The notes under the pieces were generated by a model. It had not been told where the DNA came from, searched no databases, and saw only the letters and a program-made list of their open reading frames with translations. 64,000 nucleotides of DNA from Podarcis liolepis (taxonomy: Eukaryota), in assembly GCA_965112155.1 (NCBI GenBank), contig OZ218106.1. One strand, given 5' to 3'. Below are positions 1 to 11,977 of the stretch, in pieces. How positions within the stretch are numbered: position 1 is the stretch's first letter; every line of letters starts with the position of its first letter. Made by a program: the position numbers and the translations under genes.

Positions 1-209
1 TAGTAAACAATACAAATGGAACAATTTAAGCAGGACTTTCAGAAATGTGGCACATTCACACCCCAATCTACAGTGGCACGCCTCACATAATGTGTAGAAT
101 GGCTTGGTTGGTAAGGTGGTTTGCCAAGTTTAGTTGCTGGAAGTGATTTATCAGATAGCTTTGTTATATATACATGAGGTTATTATTGGTTGCTCTATCA
201 TAGTCTACT

Positions 210-538
210 CAAGGGTGGGAATGAGGTAGATTAGGATCGATTGGTAGATTTCTGAGTGATCTGCAAAAGATTAACAATGGCAGCAGCAAAATGATTTCCC
301 CCACTTAAATTAGGGTGCTGAAATGATGGTGATGAGCCAGGAGTAGCTTTTGTGTGAAAGGACTGGGCTTGCTTCAGTTCTGGTACTGGTGGGGGGGGGG
401 TAGGCAATTGCTAGGCTCAAAATAGTTCTTTTATTCTAACAATATGTCTTTTGCAGTTGGTACTGATTGATACTGTAGATCTGGGGGTTCTAGTAAAAAT
501 GAATTAGATTTGACAAGCATACGGTCTGCCTACCGTTG
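210..538. mobile_element. Old non-autonomous hAT (Charlie-like) MITE
   Basis: Imperfect TIRs CAAGGGTGGGAA / TGCCTACCGTTG; flanks GTCTACTC (203-210) and TTCTACTC (539-546) resemble an 8-bp TSD. Confidence 0.55.
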
Positions 539-1114
539 TTCTACTCAGAATTGTGGTGGGCATGGCCCTTTTGGTTCTTGGGCAGATGTCTTTTGCAGCA
601 CTCATTATTAAATCCCCTTCACTGTGTGCTCAAATTATAGCTTGGTCAGCACAGATACAGCAGCACACTGGTGGATCAAAGGTGGCATTTGGGAATGCAA
701 TGAAATAACCAGATAAATGTTGAACAAAATGGGGGACAGCATGGATCGGCAAGGGACTTCCTAACACTTATGTCACAGGACATAAAGTGCTGCATTTATA
801 AGTACTATATGAATAACATTTTCATTCAGTGTTTTTTTTAATAAAAAAGATTAAGTCCAGTCTTAAGATTCAGTATGGAAACCAAATAAGTGATTGATCA
901 ATGGAATGAAATTGCACAAAGTAAGTGTTTTAGTCTCAGAGTAGATACTCATTGTGTGAATTGTAAGTTAGACATGGCCCCTAGGAAGGTGGTTTTTACC
1001 CTTGAAGCTAATAGCAAAGAAACAGTAAATGGTCAAAAGAGGTGTTCACCTAGAAGTTTGAGCTTATTAGGTAATTTAACCACTAATACTAACTGCTCAA
1101 CCTTTCACCACTGG

Positions 1115-1350
1115 TTTTAAAACAGGTTTAAAACAAACACAACAGCCAAGAAAATTAACAGAAAAATTACAGTCACCCGAATGACAACAAAAAGAGTACA
1201 GATAAAATCAGTCAACAGTAAGAACAAAGTATTAGGAAAATAAGTTTTCAGAAAGTTGCAATATGGATCCCTAGGACAGGGAGTTCCAAAGGAGGCTGCG
1301 ATGGAGGAAGTCCTCTCTTGCATTGCTGCCAGCCACACCCAAGGATGGAG
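1115..1350 (-). mobile_element. Highly degraded L2 LINE 3' fragment
   Basis: CAGGGAGTTCCAAAGGAGGCTGCGATGGAGGAAGTCCTCTC loosely resembles the GAGGGCGTTCCACAGGACGGGAGCCACTACCGAGAAGGCCCTC block of the L2 at 28.4 kb; preceded by an A-rich antisense 3'UTR-like tract. Confidence 0.4.
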
Positions 1351-2992
1351 GATAAATAAGTTCATTTTTTCACCTTGAAGTAAACTGAAGTAATTATCTG
1401 GTCCTGAATTAGATCAGAATGCACCTATTAATTGGATCACAATCTTCTCTGAATTTTGCAATGCAGTTTGGGTCTTCCCCCACAATCTTATTTTTCCATG
1501 TATATATTTTTTCGAGTTAGTGCACTGGAAATAATTCAAAAATGTACACTTCAGGGGCAGAATGCACATAATATGTATGCAATTTAAATGTGAATTTTTA
1601 TGCATTTTTAAAACAAAGATCTGCCAAGAACGGGATTGATGGGATCTATTATTGAGACATACACAGATGATGTGGAATGGGAATAGGATGATCCAATCAT
1701 CCCTCAGATGGGGGTGGGCATGCAAAAGTGCCTCCCTCAGTGACCTCAGTGTGTGGAAGGGATTGTGGATTCTGTCCCTGCCTAAGCTTCTGTAAAAAGA
1801 GTTGTGCTTCCAAGGTGTTAGAATTTGGGCAGAAACAAGCATATAGAAGCAGGATTCCAATCAATTGTTCCAACATGATCATCTCATCAGTCTGGTCTAC
1901 TCTTCTTTTTGTCACAAGCTTAAAAAATGCTTTCTCTTATTTTATTTATATGTTAATCTTATCAATTGATTCGTATGATTAATTGACTAAGTTTTCTTCA
2001 GCCGGGTGACTACTAACTAATGACTGGGCTGAGGTTCACAAGCAAGCATAGTATACACAATAAGACTGATTAGATCTGACAGGCACCAAGTTCAGAGCTG
2101 TAGGGAAGAATGACAGCATAAAATGAGGAGGAAATCATTTGTGACATGCCCTTCACTTAACTTATTGGCGTGTCATTTTCAGCCTAAAGTATATGACGGA
2201 TCTGAAGCATTATTTTAGAAGACGTCCCTCCCCTTCCTTTGCTTAGAGAAAGAGGTATTGTTAATTATAGCTTAATTTCACTTATGTCAGGGCCAAGGAA
2301 ATTCTGGTACTGATTCACATTCACAGAATGAATGCAGATCAGGCATTAAAGTTCACATAGTCTCTTGTACAACAACAAGTGAAACCTGCAACAAAATGTT
2401 GCAGGGCATCCTCACCCGCAATTAGGTGTTCTGTGCAGGATTCCAGATATTCCAGATTTTCCTCCCTTCCAAGCAGGGTATTTTTCTTCCCACCCCATTT
2501 TTGTCCTAGGTGACATTTAATATTTTATGGTGGCTCAACATGCTCAGTCTTCATGGGGCTGGATATATTTTTGGAGCAGGGAGATGTCCTCATAGATTTT
2601 TTTAAAAAAAGTTTTTTTTTGTACTTCTGCAAACCTCAGTCTCCACCTTGACTCTAATCCTGTCAGCAGTCAACACCTGAGTTTGTTACTATCTTCGATT
2701 GCTCATCTTAAGTAGTGCCTGAATTAGTTGATTTTGGACCTGTGAATGTATACTTGATTTCAATATGTTCTGTAGGAATTAGAGGATCAGACGTAGCAAT
2801 CCTTTGGGCCTGTCATGTAAACTACAAGTTTGGATCTAGATCTATATTCACATTGCTCTGGGGCAGGTGTGTTCTTAGAGCATGAATATAGGTTGAAATC
2901 CTCTCATCTTCCTAAGCTTGTCCATGCAGATTAAAAGTTTTATTTGCTCTAATTATACACGCAACAATATGTGGTCACACTTAGTCATACAC

Positions 2993-3015
2993 TGTGTGTG
3001 TGTGTGTGTGTGTGT
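2993..3015. repeat. (TG)n microsatellite
   Basis: Direct dinucleotide run. Confidence 0.95.
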
Positions 3016-4759
3016 ATGGGCAGCATGTTCAAAAATAGTATAAATATTATGGAATGCAAACTATTGTACTTTGGGAACACCCATCACCTCTGGCATTGGC
3101 AAGAACTGCGTTACATAAACAGTTATGCAATTAAATAAATAGATTAATTTAGGGGCAACAGAAAGGCACATGTTGAAAAAGTACCTTCCAGAGCCGGAAA
3201 TTTCTGCAGTTCTAGAACTTTGGAACACACTGTTTAGATTGGTCTCTGTGTGTGCAAGTGTGTCTTTGCTGTGTGGGGAAGGCAGGACTGGCGCGCGCAA
3301 GCAGAAATAGTGCACAATTCACTACTAAGTAAACTCATTCCTCTGTGCCTCTACAGGGCATTTACAGAGCAGGAATTATACTGGCTGGATGACAGTAGGA
3401 ACTTGACTAAGTCTGGTGTGCCAGCAGATCTTGGAGGTGATCTGACATTGGGCTTATTATGCAAGCATGTCAGGAAGAAGGATGCCAGCATATAATTATG
3501 CTGGCACTGCCTCAACTCTGGTGCAACTTCACTGATACAGAAGCCTTAAATGGTGATAATGGGATCATGGTGGGGAGGAGCAGCCCTTTCCAAACATGGC
3601 TTTATCGATATCTTAAACCATGGCTTGCCAATTTGTTGGGGCAGGGGGAGGCAATGGGCATATTTGGAATTTGAAGAAAGTGTCCATGGTGCCAATCACA
3701 CAATGGCTGCTGTGGAGCGTGCGTGTCAATGGCTGCTGTTGCGGTGTGGCGTAACCCAAAATGGCTGCCACATCTAATAGAGCAGAGAAAGAGATAGGGT
3801 CGCAAAATGGTGTGGGCATGCCTCTCCCGACGCTGCTCTGGACAACAGTGCTTGCTCAAAGGCAGAAAGTCTTTGCACCTTTACTCTGTTCAGAGTGGAA
3901 GGAAGGCTATCGAATCCTGACAACCAATGAAATGGGGCTACAGGAGTGGGGGCTGTGTTCAATACAGGAGAGACCAAGCAAATGAAAACAGGAGCTGAGC
4001 AGGAACATAGTGCATTGTGGGTTTTTGAGGGCATCTCTACTGAGATGTATGTGCATGGCAGGCCTGCAGATTTGATGGTGGACCTGCTATTATAGCCAGG
4101 CAGGATGCAGGATGCAGGGTTAAGATTGCAGCCAGTGTCATTTAGAAGAGAATCAAATGTTGAGTCTAATGGCAAAAAACTGTGATCAATGCAAATCTCC
4201 CTCTCCCCCCCCCCACCCCACCTTAGCTCTGTCAAAACAAATAAATTTCTGAAAGTGGAATGTACATACTGAAAGCTACCCTTGGGTTGTCTGTCTCATA
4301 TACTGATTAGCTACATGAGAATTTGCTAAAGTAATTACCTCCTAGTAGTTGGCAATTACCATGGCAACCTCACCATCACAAGATAAATTCAGCCGTTAAT
4401 GAAAGCACCACTACCAATGTGTCAACTCTGAAACATACATTATATGCCTTAAAAAAGAAAAAAGAAGAACCTTTGAACAAAAGCCTTTCCTGACTAAATT
4501 GGAGAAACAGGTAGGCAGCATATTCATGCAAACTGTAGGACGGCCCCGAATCAGACAAGAGAATGGATGGCTTTCATCCCCCCCCCTTTCACTTTTCTGA
4601 ACCCAGAATCTCCGACAGGTTAACAAAAAGTATCTTATTTCAACTCACACAATTGTACCTAATACTTACCAAAAGTGGTTTTAACCAAGAGACAAGGTAA
4701 ATTTGCAGTGATTTAAGGCAATTTATTTGTTCCATCTGAATATTGTGCAAAAATGTAGG

Positions 4760-5137
4760 TCTTTCAAATACTGCTCTTCAAATCTTAAGTTCAGTTCTGC
4801 ACATTTACACTTCGGTTTACGATATTCTTTAAAAAAAACTCCCCGTGAAAACTAGTGCAAATTCCTCCTTATATACATGCATAGCCTCTTGGGCTTGCCG
4901 ATCGGTTCTAATCTACGCAACAGGGTAATTTTCACTAACGTGCATGTTAAGACAAATTTTACCCCAGTATGTGCATTTTTGTGCACATTGCTTGGTTGGA
5001 GAACAGCACTGCAAAATTTGGAGAAATACGAATTTCAATAGATGGTTTTGTTTTTGTTCTCATTTTGCATCAGAAAGTGAAAATGAGGTAGGTTTGCCTT
5101 TAAATGTGACCTGAATCAAATTTCTCCCCAGCCGCTA
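4760..5137. mobile_element. hAT-Ac-like MITE relic (same family as 36876-37308), with a short Sauria-SINE-like insert at ~4883-4926
   Basis: Shares ...GCAAAATTTGGAGAAATACGAATTTC...GGTTTGCCTTTAAATGTG...TCTCCCCAGCCGCTA with the 36.9 and 60.5 kb copies; AGCCTCTTGGGCTTGCCGATC matches the Sauria SINE head. Confidence 0.5.
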
Positions 5138-6014
5138 CTCAGAACAAACCTGTAAGCTAAGTTAGGCAGAGAGAAAGTGATTGTGAGGCCCAAGCTTTTT
5201 GGTTAAATGTGAATTTTTTGTGGTTTCCCTCCCTTCTTATCACTCATCCTTGCCTCTCCTTACTGCTTGATGCACCAGCTCCTGGCAGCCTTGGAAAAGG
5301 CCCAATTTGCCCCGGGATTCAGGCCTTGGCCAAATCCGGTGCACAATTTTAATAGATCCATGATAGATATGGATTGTGACTAATGTGCTGTGCAAACTAC
5401 TTCCCAAACAAAAGGTGGGAGTGTACTGAATCCAGAGTAAATGGTTGTGTGTACACAGCCTCTGTATTCTTTCCGAAGGTCTTACTTTCCAGATATGAAG
5501 AAGTCTTTAATGTTTTCCAAAGAAACATGTTTCTTCAGGTTGATACAGTGAGCAAATTATGATGTTGCCCGCAATGTTTCTTTTCCAGTGAAGCTGCCTG
5601 TGGGCAAATGTTGGCGGGGTGCACATAAGAGGAATAAATAAATAAATATTTACTCTCCTTTTACTATTTGCAGGAATAAGGTGTGGAGTATGTACCTAGC
5701 TTTGCCATGACTCCATTGTTTACAGTGAACTCCATTGTTTACAATGGAGAACTGATGGAGGCCAAAGGTACAGCCTTGTTTCACTGGGGGGGGGGGAGGG
5801 ATTTGGAGAAACTGTGAAGTCACAAAACATGCATTTTGCGGTATAATACTATGACATGCCCCTCACTTCTCCACATGCTTTCCAGGAACCCAAGATTACT
5901 GCCACCAGGCTTAGTTTCCCCTGGATAAGAGAGAGCTGGAAGCCTATCCTGTCTTTGCAATTTTTCTTTCATTTGCAAATATACAGTCAGAGCCTACTTG
6001 AAGTAAGTAGATCC

Positions 6015-6068
<54 letters not shown>
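6015..6068. repeat. (AAT)n microsatellite
   Basis: Direct trinucleotide run; source of the poly-Ile ORF. Confidence 0.95.
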
Positions 6069-6094
6069 TCTCTATGTGGGACAAGAAGCTACAT

Positions 6095-7056
6095 TTAGAA
6101 CTGGATATGGAACAACTGATTGGTTAAAAATTGGGAAAGGAGTACGACAAGGCTGTATATTGTCTCCCTGCTTATTTAATTTATATGCAGAATTCATCAT
6201 GTGAGAAAGGCTGGGCTGGATGAATCCCTAGCCAGAATTAAGATTGCCGGAAGAAATATCAACAACCTCAGATATGCAGATGACACAACATTGATGGCAG
6301 AAAGTGAGGAGGAATTAAAGAAACTTATATTGAGGGTGAAAGAGGAGAGTGGAAAATATGGTCTGAAGTTTAACATCAAAAAAATGAAGATTATGGCCAC
6401 TGGTCCCATCACCTCCTGGCAAATAGAAGGGGAAGAAATGGAGGCAGTGATAGATTTTACTTTCTTGGGCTCCATGATCACTGCAGATGGTGACAGCAGC
6501 CACGAAATTAAAAGACGCCTGCTTCTTGGGAGAAAAGCAATGACAAACCTAGACAGCATCTTAAAAAGTAGAGACATCACCTTGCCAACAAAGGTCCGTA
6601 TAGTAAAAGCTATGGTTTTCCCAGTAGTGATGTATGGAAGTGAGAGCTGGACCATAAAGAAGGCTGATCGCCGAAGAATTGATGCTTTTGAATTATGGTG
6701 CTGGAGGAGACTCTTGAGAGTCCCATGGACTGCAAGAAGATCAAACGTATCCATTCTTAAGGAAATCAGCCCTGAGTGCTCACTGGAAGGACAGATCGTG
6801 AAGCTGAGGCTCCAATACTTTGGCCACCTCATGAGAAGAGAAGACTCCCTGGAAAAGACCCTGATGTTGGGAAAGATGGAGGGCACAAGGAGAAGGGGAC
6901 GACAGAGGACGAGATGGTTGGATAGTGTTCTTGAAGCTACCAGCATGAGTTTGACCAAACTGTGGGAGGCAGTGGAAGACAGAAGTGCCTGGCGTGCTCT
7001 GGTCCATGGGGTCACAAAGAGTCGGACACGACTAAACGACTAAACAACAACAACAA
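6095..7056 (+). mobile_element. RTE-BovB LINE, 5'-truncated copy
   Basis: Encodes GKGVRQGCILSPCLFNLYAE, then after a stop/frameshift at ~6201 NLRYADD and the BovB C-terminus ...HGVTKSRTRLND*; (CAA)n tail. Confidence 0.97.
6201..7043 (+). pseudogene. C-terminal part of BovB reverse transcriptase ORF (280 codons open, YADD intact; no endonuclease, not autonomous)
   Basis: ORF track 6201..7043; motifs NLRYADD, FLGSMIT, YGSESWT, LQYFGHLMRR. Confidence 0.92.
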
Positions 7057-7278
7057 TAAATAGGCAGCAAACCAACAGGTTGTGTTTGTGGTTCTCAAAA
7101 CAACAGCATAGATCTTTAGGGGGGCACCCTCAAGTCCATTTGCTTCCAGTCAAGCTAAACTCCTCCCTCTCCCCACAGTCTCATTTCATGCCTCTTTAGG
7201 TTCACCTTATGTGATCGATAATATTCTAAAGATTATGGTCGTCTAGAAACATTGGCCAAAATTGGCCCAAGCCAAAAG

Positions 7279-7649
7279 CTGGGGTGGAGAATATTTTTCA
7301 GCCTGAGGGCCAAATCCCCTTATGACAACCTTCCGAGGGCCATAGTGTATTTCAGTCGTGGTGCGGCCAGAGGTAAAAGTAGGCAGCATCAAGGATGTGA
7401 CTCTTGTGTTTGTATAGTGGCATACATTTCAACCACACAAAACTCAGGGGTTTCTCTGCATATCTTCCTCTACCACCATCCTCCGTCCAAGCAAGGAAGA
7501 AGCATTATCACAGTTCAAGGACATATTCTAGCCAGGCAAGAACACTTCAGGTTGTACAACAAGTCCACTGATGAGTGTGACCTGGAAGGAGCAGCTAGAG
7601 AGACATGTGGGGCACATTTGGCCCCCAGGCCTCAGATTCTCCACCCTAT
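7279..7649. mobile_element. hAT-Charlie-like MITE
   Basis: Termini GGGGTGGAGAAT / ATTCTCCACCC are inverted; subterminal GAGGGCCAAAT / ATTTGGCCCCC. Confidence 0.6.
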
Positions 7650-8262
7650 AAGCCCTTTTAACATATCTGTGTGTGCATTTAAGTGATATAATTCCTTTTT
7701 AAAGCAACGCAATAACAAAGGCCCAAAAGCATAAAACTACCTCATCACAATGTTATTGAAATTAAACTATTTGTTGTTGGAGATTCAGAAATATCAATCT
7801 TTTCCACCCTTACTAAATACAACTCATGCATGGGAAATCAATTATTCAGCCACATGGCTAAATTAATCACAGAAGGGAGCAGTCAAAAGCAGTGTTTGCT
7901 ATAGCGTACGATATAGTGTTACACAATTACCCAGGTGTACCACAGTGGCTTTTCACTCAACACCTCTGCGTATTACCCAGACACTGCCAGACACAGGATG
8001 CTAAACGAGATGAACGGGTTGATATGGCACCTCCATTGTTAACTAGATGTTTGGAAATTAAAACTCTTCATAGAAGTGCACGCCTTAAAAACCTAACATG
8101 AACCACACATCTTAAAAGCTGGTACCATTCTGTGTTAGTTGTTTGTAAGTATTTTAACAAAAGAATGCCCTCAGAATGCATGAAACTACTGTTTCACCAC
8201 TTGAACACAACTGAAAAGCAAAGTATAGGAAAGCATGATGATTAACTCTGCTGAAGCAATTA

Positions 8263-8450
8263 GAAAGGTCTGCAGCTTGGTGGTAGAGTGTGTGCTTCAC
8301 ATACAAAAGGCCCCGTGTCCAGACTTTGACATTTCCAGCTGAGAGTTGGAAATCTCTCTCTCTGAAACCCTGGAGAACTGCTACCATTCAGTGTAGGCAA
8401 AACTAAGTTAGATAGTTCGTTAATCTGACTTGGTTTAAGGAAGGTCTCTA
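8263..8450 (+). mobile_element. tRNA-derived SINE with CR1-like tail (Squam2-like), old copy
   Basis: Degenerate A-box head; body TGAAACCCTGGAGAACTGCTACCATTCAGTGTAG shared with copies at 17.1, 24.2, 46.3 and 55.1 kb. Confidence 0.7.
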
Positions 8451-10732
8451 GATACTGACAAATGTGCACACAAGCCTTTGGAATGGAATGATGCTAAATA
8501 AATTTATGAAATTGTGCTTTTGCAAATAAACAATTTGATCCCCAATGGAGCCATGGGACTGGAAAAGAGAACTTCGTGGGGTGGGGGGTGGGGGAAGAGA
8601 TGCAAAAAAGGGAACAAAGAACAAAACACCCACAGACATTTGCTTGCTTTCCTCTTTAGTTTCCAGACTTTACAACTATACAAGAACTTACTTGGGATGT
8701 AGGATGTGGGAAGGGATGTAATTTAAAGCTATTATACTTAGTGAAACAGTGCTTAGTGAGAACTGCAGAATTTAAAATACTACTGTTTTTGTTGATGCTG
8801 TTGTCGTCATCAACATTGGCTTTGTTCACGTAATTTATCTAACACACATCAATACTTCTAAATGAAATGTTTGCATTTCTATGAAAATCTTTGCCCGGGC
8901 ATTCAAAGATGAAAGCAGTGAGACTTACTGCAACTTAATAAAGTTTTCTCTCCCCCCCCCCTTTCCCCCTTATTGCATGGGGACAATCTATACAGGCTTC
9001 CATGCCACAGTAGTCAGTATTGTGCGTGGGCATGAATAGCCACAGCTTGAATTTGCAGGATGCCAAAGGCTGTGAAAAAATATACCTTTCCCAAAGGAAT
9101 TTAAACAAGTGTGACTGAATGAAAAGCTCAAGAATTTGCCTTTCACAAGACTTCCTGTCCAGTGTCCAAAAGGTTTCCTGCCTGCTTTGCATTCAGACAT
9201 ATAAATCCAGTCTAGCTGAATTCAAGGTATATAAAATGCAGGCAGTTCTCCTGTTATGGGTAGGATCTCTTGGCGGATATAAACTGTCACAATCAATCAA
9301 AGTCTACTGAAAAGGCTGCATTCCAGGTGGCATGCATAAGTTTGGTTGGAATCCCAATCTTTCTAGTACTAGGAATTTATACGTGAGAATCGCTTCTTGC
9401 ATTAAAAGCAATTGTGCATGGTATGAACAATGCGACTACTTGAAAAGTATAGGATTCTGCAGATGAAGTAAATGCAAATGTGAAGGGCCAGATCTATAGC
9501 AACTGTCTATAAATTTCCTTCCATGGAATGAATGGTAACATGGTGACTAAATTGATTGTTTGAAGCATGCACTAAATGATTTAGAGATCATCGTTGTCTT
9601 ATGATATTCTGTTTCATGTTTATTTTCTAGGGGAAAGAAAAAAAAACTTGGAAAAGGCCAAGGGATAATTCAGCAAGTTTCTTAACTAATGAGCACAATG
9701 GCATTGGTCAAGGACGTACAAATTCATTGATTTTGGTGAGAGAAAATAAGCATGTACTTATTTGCTTTACCTAAGCAGAAATCTAGCATGTAAAGGAAAT
9801 GACTAGACTACAACCCTTGACTCTAATATGCTAGCTATCTATGATCACATCATGGCAATCCACCGTATAAAAGTTGACCTAAGCCAAAAGTCCTTTTGCA
9901 CATGTTTGGCATGTGTGTGGTTTCAACACATGGCAGAGGAGTTTGCTGCCCTTGCCCTGACTTCTGTAGCCCTATTCAGGCATTCATAACAGCACTTAAA
10001 TTTACCCACAAGGACAGAGAAGATGTGTGAATGTGCTAGCTCAGACCCTTACACAACTTAAAGGATGATGGTATGCAGTGGGGAAGCCTCGTGTAGTTGT
10101 GGAGGTACTTGCACATTTTGGAACCCTGATTTTTCATGCAAAATATGTGCATGGCCCTGCCTACCCCACAATCCAATATCATTGCTGTTTTCTAAAGCCA
10201 TTTCACCATATTTGACTAAAGGATTAAAAACAGCCCTGCTGGGTGTCTATGGGAGGCCCCAAGAAGCAGAACATGAAGACAACACCACTCTTTTTCATTT
10301 GCAGATCTCCAAAAAAAACCCTCACTCCCATTTCTCTCTCTTTTTGCTATTTGCACATGCTAAAAGACTTGTATGTGGGAACTGCCATTAATTTGTTGGT
10401 GACACACAAATACTGCACATAGTCATTCCTTTTCTGAGCATTCTGGTTTTTTTAAAAAAAAGCTAAAATGCTTGGGCAATTTTTCAGTTTATTTACTTAC
10501 TTATTTAGTTGCAGCATTTATGTTGGAAGCCCAATAACATCATTCTCTGGGTGACTCACAAAGATAACAGAGACATGGACTGAGGACAAATGCAATCCAA
10601 AAGACAGAATGTTGGACCTGGAGATGAATTGAATGCTTGCCCAGCCAGGAAATCACAAAGCAGCATTGGGCATGTCACTCTTTGACCTTGCCATTAAGAA
10701 TTTCCACTTTGTGGGTTTGTTTAGTTTAGAAC

Positions 10733-10845
10733 AGGGATGGGAAGACTGTGACCCTCCAAATGCTATGGGCCTCAGACAGCATGCTCAGTGTCTAACAATA
10801 TCTGTGGTGTGTGGCAGGGCAGGGGAGACAAATTCCCTACCCTTA
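10733..10845. mobile_element. Short hAT MITE relic (family also at ~11980-12030, 43844-43900, 44700-44815, 53985-54100)
   Basis: CAGGGATGGGAAGACTGTGACCCTCCAAATGCT start; related CCTCCAGATGTTG(C/T)TG(G/A)AC blocks in the other copies. Confidence 0.45.
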
Positions 10846-11064
10846 GGATAGAATATCCGTTTATTCTTTTTGTGAGAGTGAGACTGATACAGACGGAAAC
10901 TTTTAAGCTTTTAAATCTAATCAATCAATCAATTAAGGGATTTTCACACCAAGCACACTTCCAAGCAATAAAATACGATATACTTGCATATTATCAGGCC
11001 CCATTGGGAACTTAAAATTTTCCACTGATTCTCCTTTAATGAACTGATTCTATTTGAGCAGTGC

Positions 11065-11256
11065 TGTTGTTGTTTTTGTTTAGTTGTTTAGTTGTGTCCG
11101 ACTCTTCGTGACCCCATGGACCAGAGCACGCCAGGCACTCCTGTCTTCCACTGCCTCCCGCAGCTTGGTCAAACTCATGTTTGTAGCTTTGAGAACACTG
11201 TCCAACCGTCTTGTCCTCTGCCGTCCCCTTCTCCTTGTGCCCTCAAACTTCCCCAA
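11065..11256 (-). mobile_element. RTE-BovB LINE 3' end fragment
   Basis: Minus-strand GKFEGTRRRGRQRTR...HGVTKSRTQLNN*; (TTG)n on + is the (CAA)n tail; matches ~6866-7056. Confidence 0.95.
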
Positions 11257-11501
11257 TGCTAGCTGAGTCTTTTTAGCTTGGATGGTCTTAGCGCTGAGCT
11301 GAAACATTTTTACCTCCAGCAGCTACAAACAGCTCCCCATATCCCACAAGTTTTGCATCCAGTCGGGGGGAAGGGGAACATGCTCCCTTTACAAGATGCA
11401 CCTTTATGTTGGGATGCACACTGCAGAGGAATGGCAACCTGATTTAGGAATGTATTTGGATTGACATCTGGATACACATCCAAATGCAGGTGCCATTGTA
11501 G

Positions 11502-11680
11502 ACACAGGAAGGCAAGAAGCTGCCTTATACCAGATGAATCCGTTGGTCTACTGAGCTTGGTGTTGTCTACACTGATTGACAGTAACTCTCTAGTGTTTCC
11601 AGTCCTACTGGCAACTGCTGGAGATTGAAATTGCGACCATCTGCATACAAAACAAATGCTGTACCACTGAGCTCTTCCCC
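11502..11680 (-). mobile_element. tRNA-derived SINE with CR1-like tail
   Basis: Reverse complement begins GGGGAAGAGCTCAGTGGTACAGCATTTG and ends ...GTATAAGGCAGCTTCTTG. Confidence 0.75.
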
Positions 11681-11826
11681 TGCACTGAACTATCATCATA
11701 TCACATATTTGGATGTGCATCCACAGAGAACGTTGGCCCCAGGGCCGTCTTTAGCATATGAGCCACCGGGGTGCAAAGATCCACCCAGCGCCCCCCAAAT
11801 TTAGTTTAGCTGCCCCCAGATGAGAG

Positions 11827-11977
11827 TAGGATTGCCATACGTCTGGAATTTCCCAGACATAGGCTGTATCCGGTTCTCGAATGGCAGCCCATGTCAGTAG
11901 TGTAGAAATCTTGATTTTCTTTTGAGGTTTCACAAAAAAGCTCAACACTTTTCACTTTTTGAAATATGGCAACCCTA
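11827..11977. mobile_element. hAT (Tip100/Blackjack-type) MITE
   Basis: TIRs TAGGATTGCCATA / TATGGCAACCCTA; 8-bp TSD GATGAGAG / GACGGGAG (6/8). Confidence 0.8.

Noticed and set aside
5856-6098. ORFs with poly-Ile, poly-Leu, (HT)n or (CV)n tracts here and elsewhere
   Set aside because: Translations of microsatellites.
6197-7015. 272-aa minus-strand ORF (and 39671..40138, 11084..11266)
   Set aside because: Antisense shadow frames of BovB; not independent genes.
7905-7925. Short imperfect palindrome CTATAGCGTACGATATAG considered as a pre-miRNA
   Set aside because: Stem far too short for a miRNA precursor.
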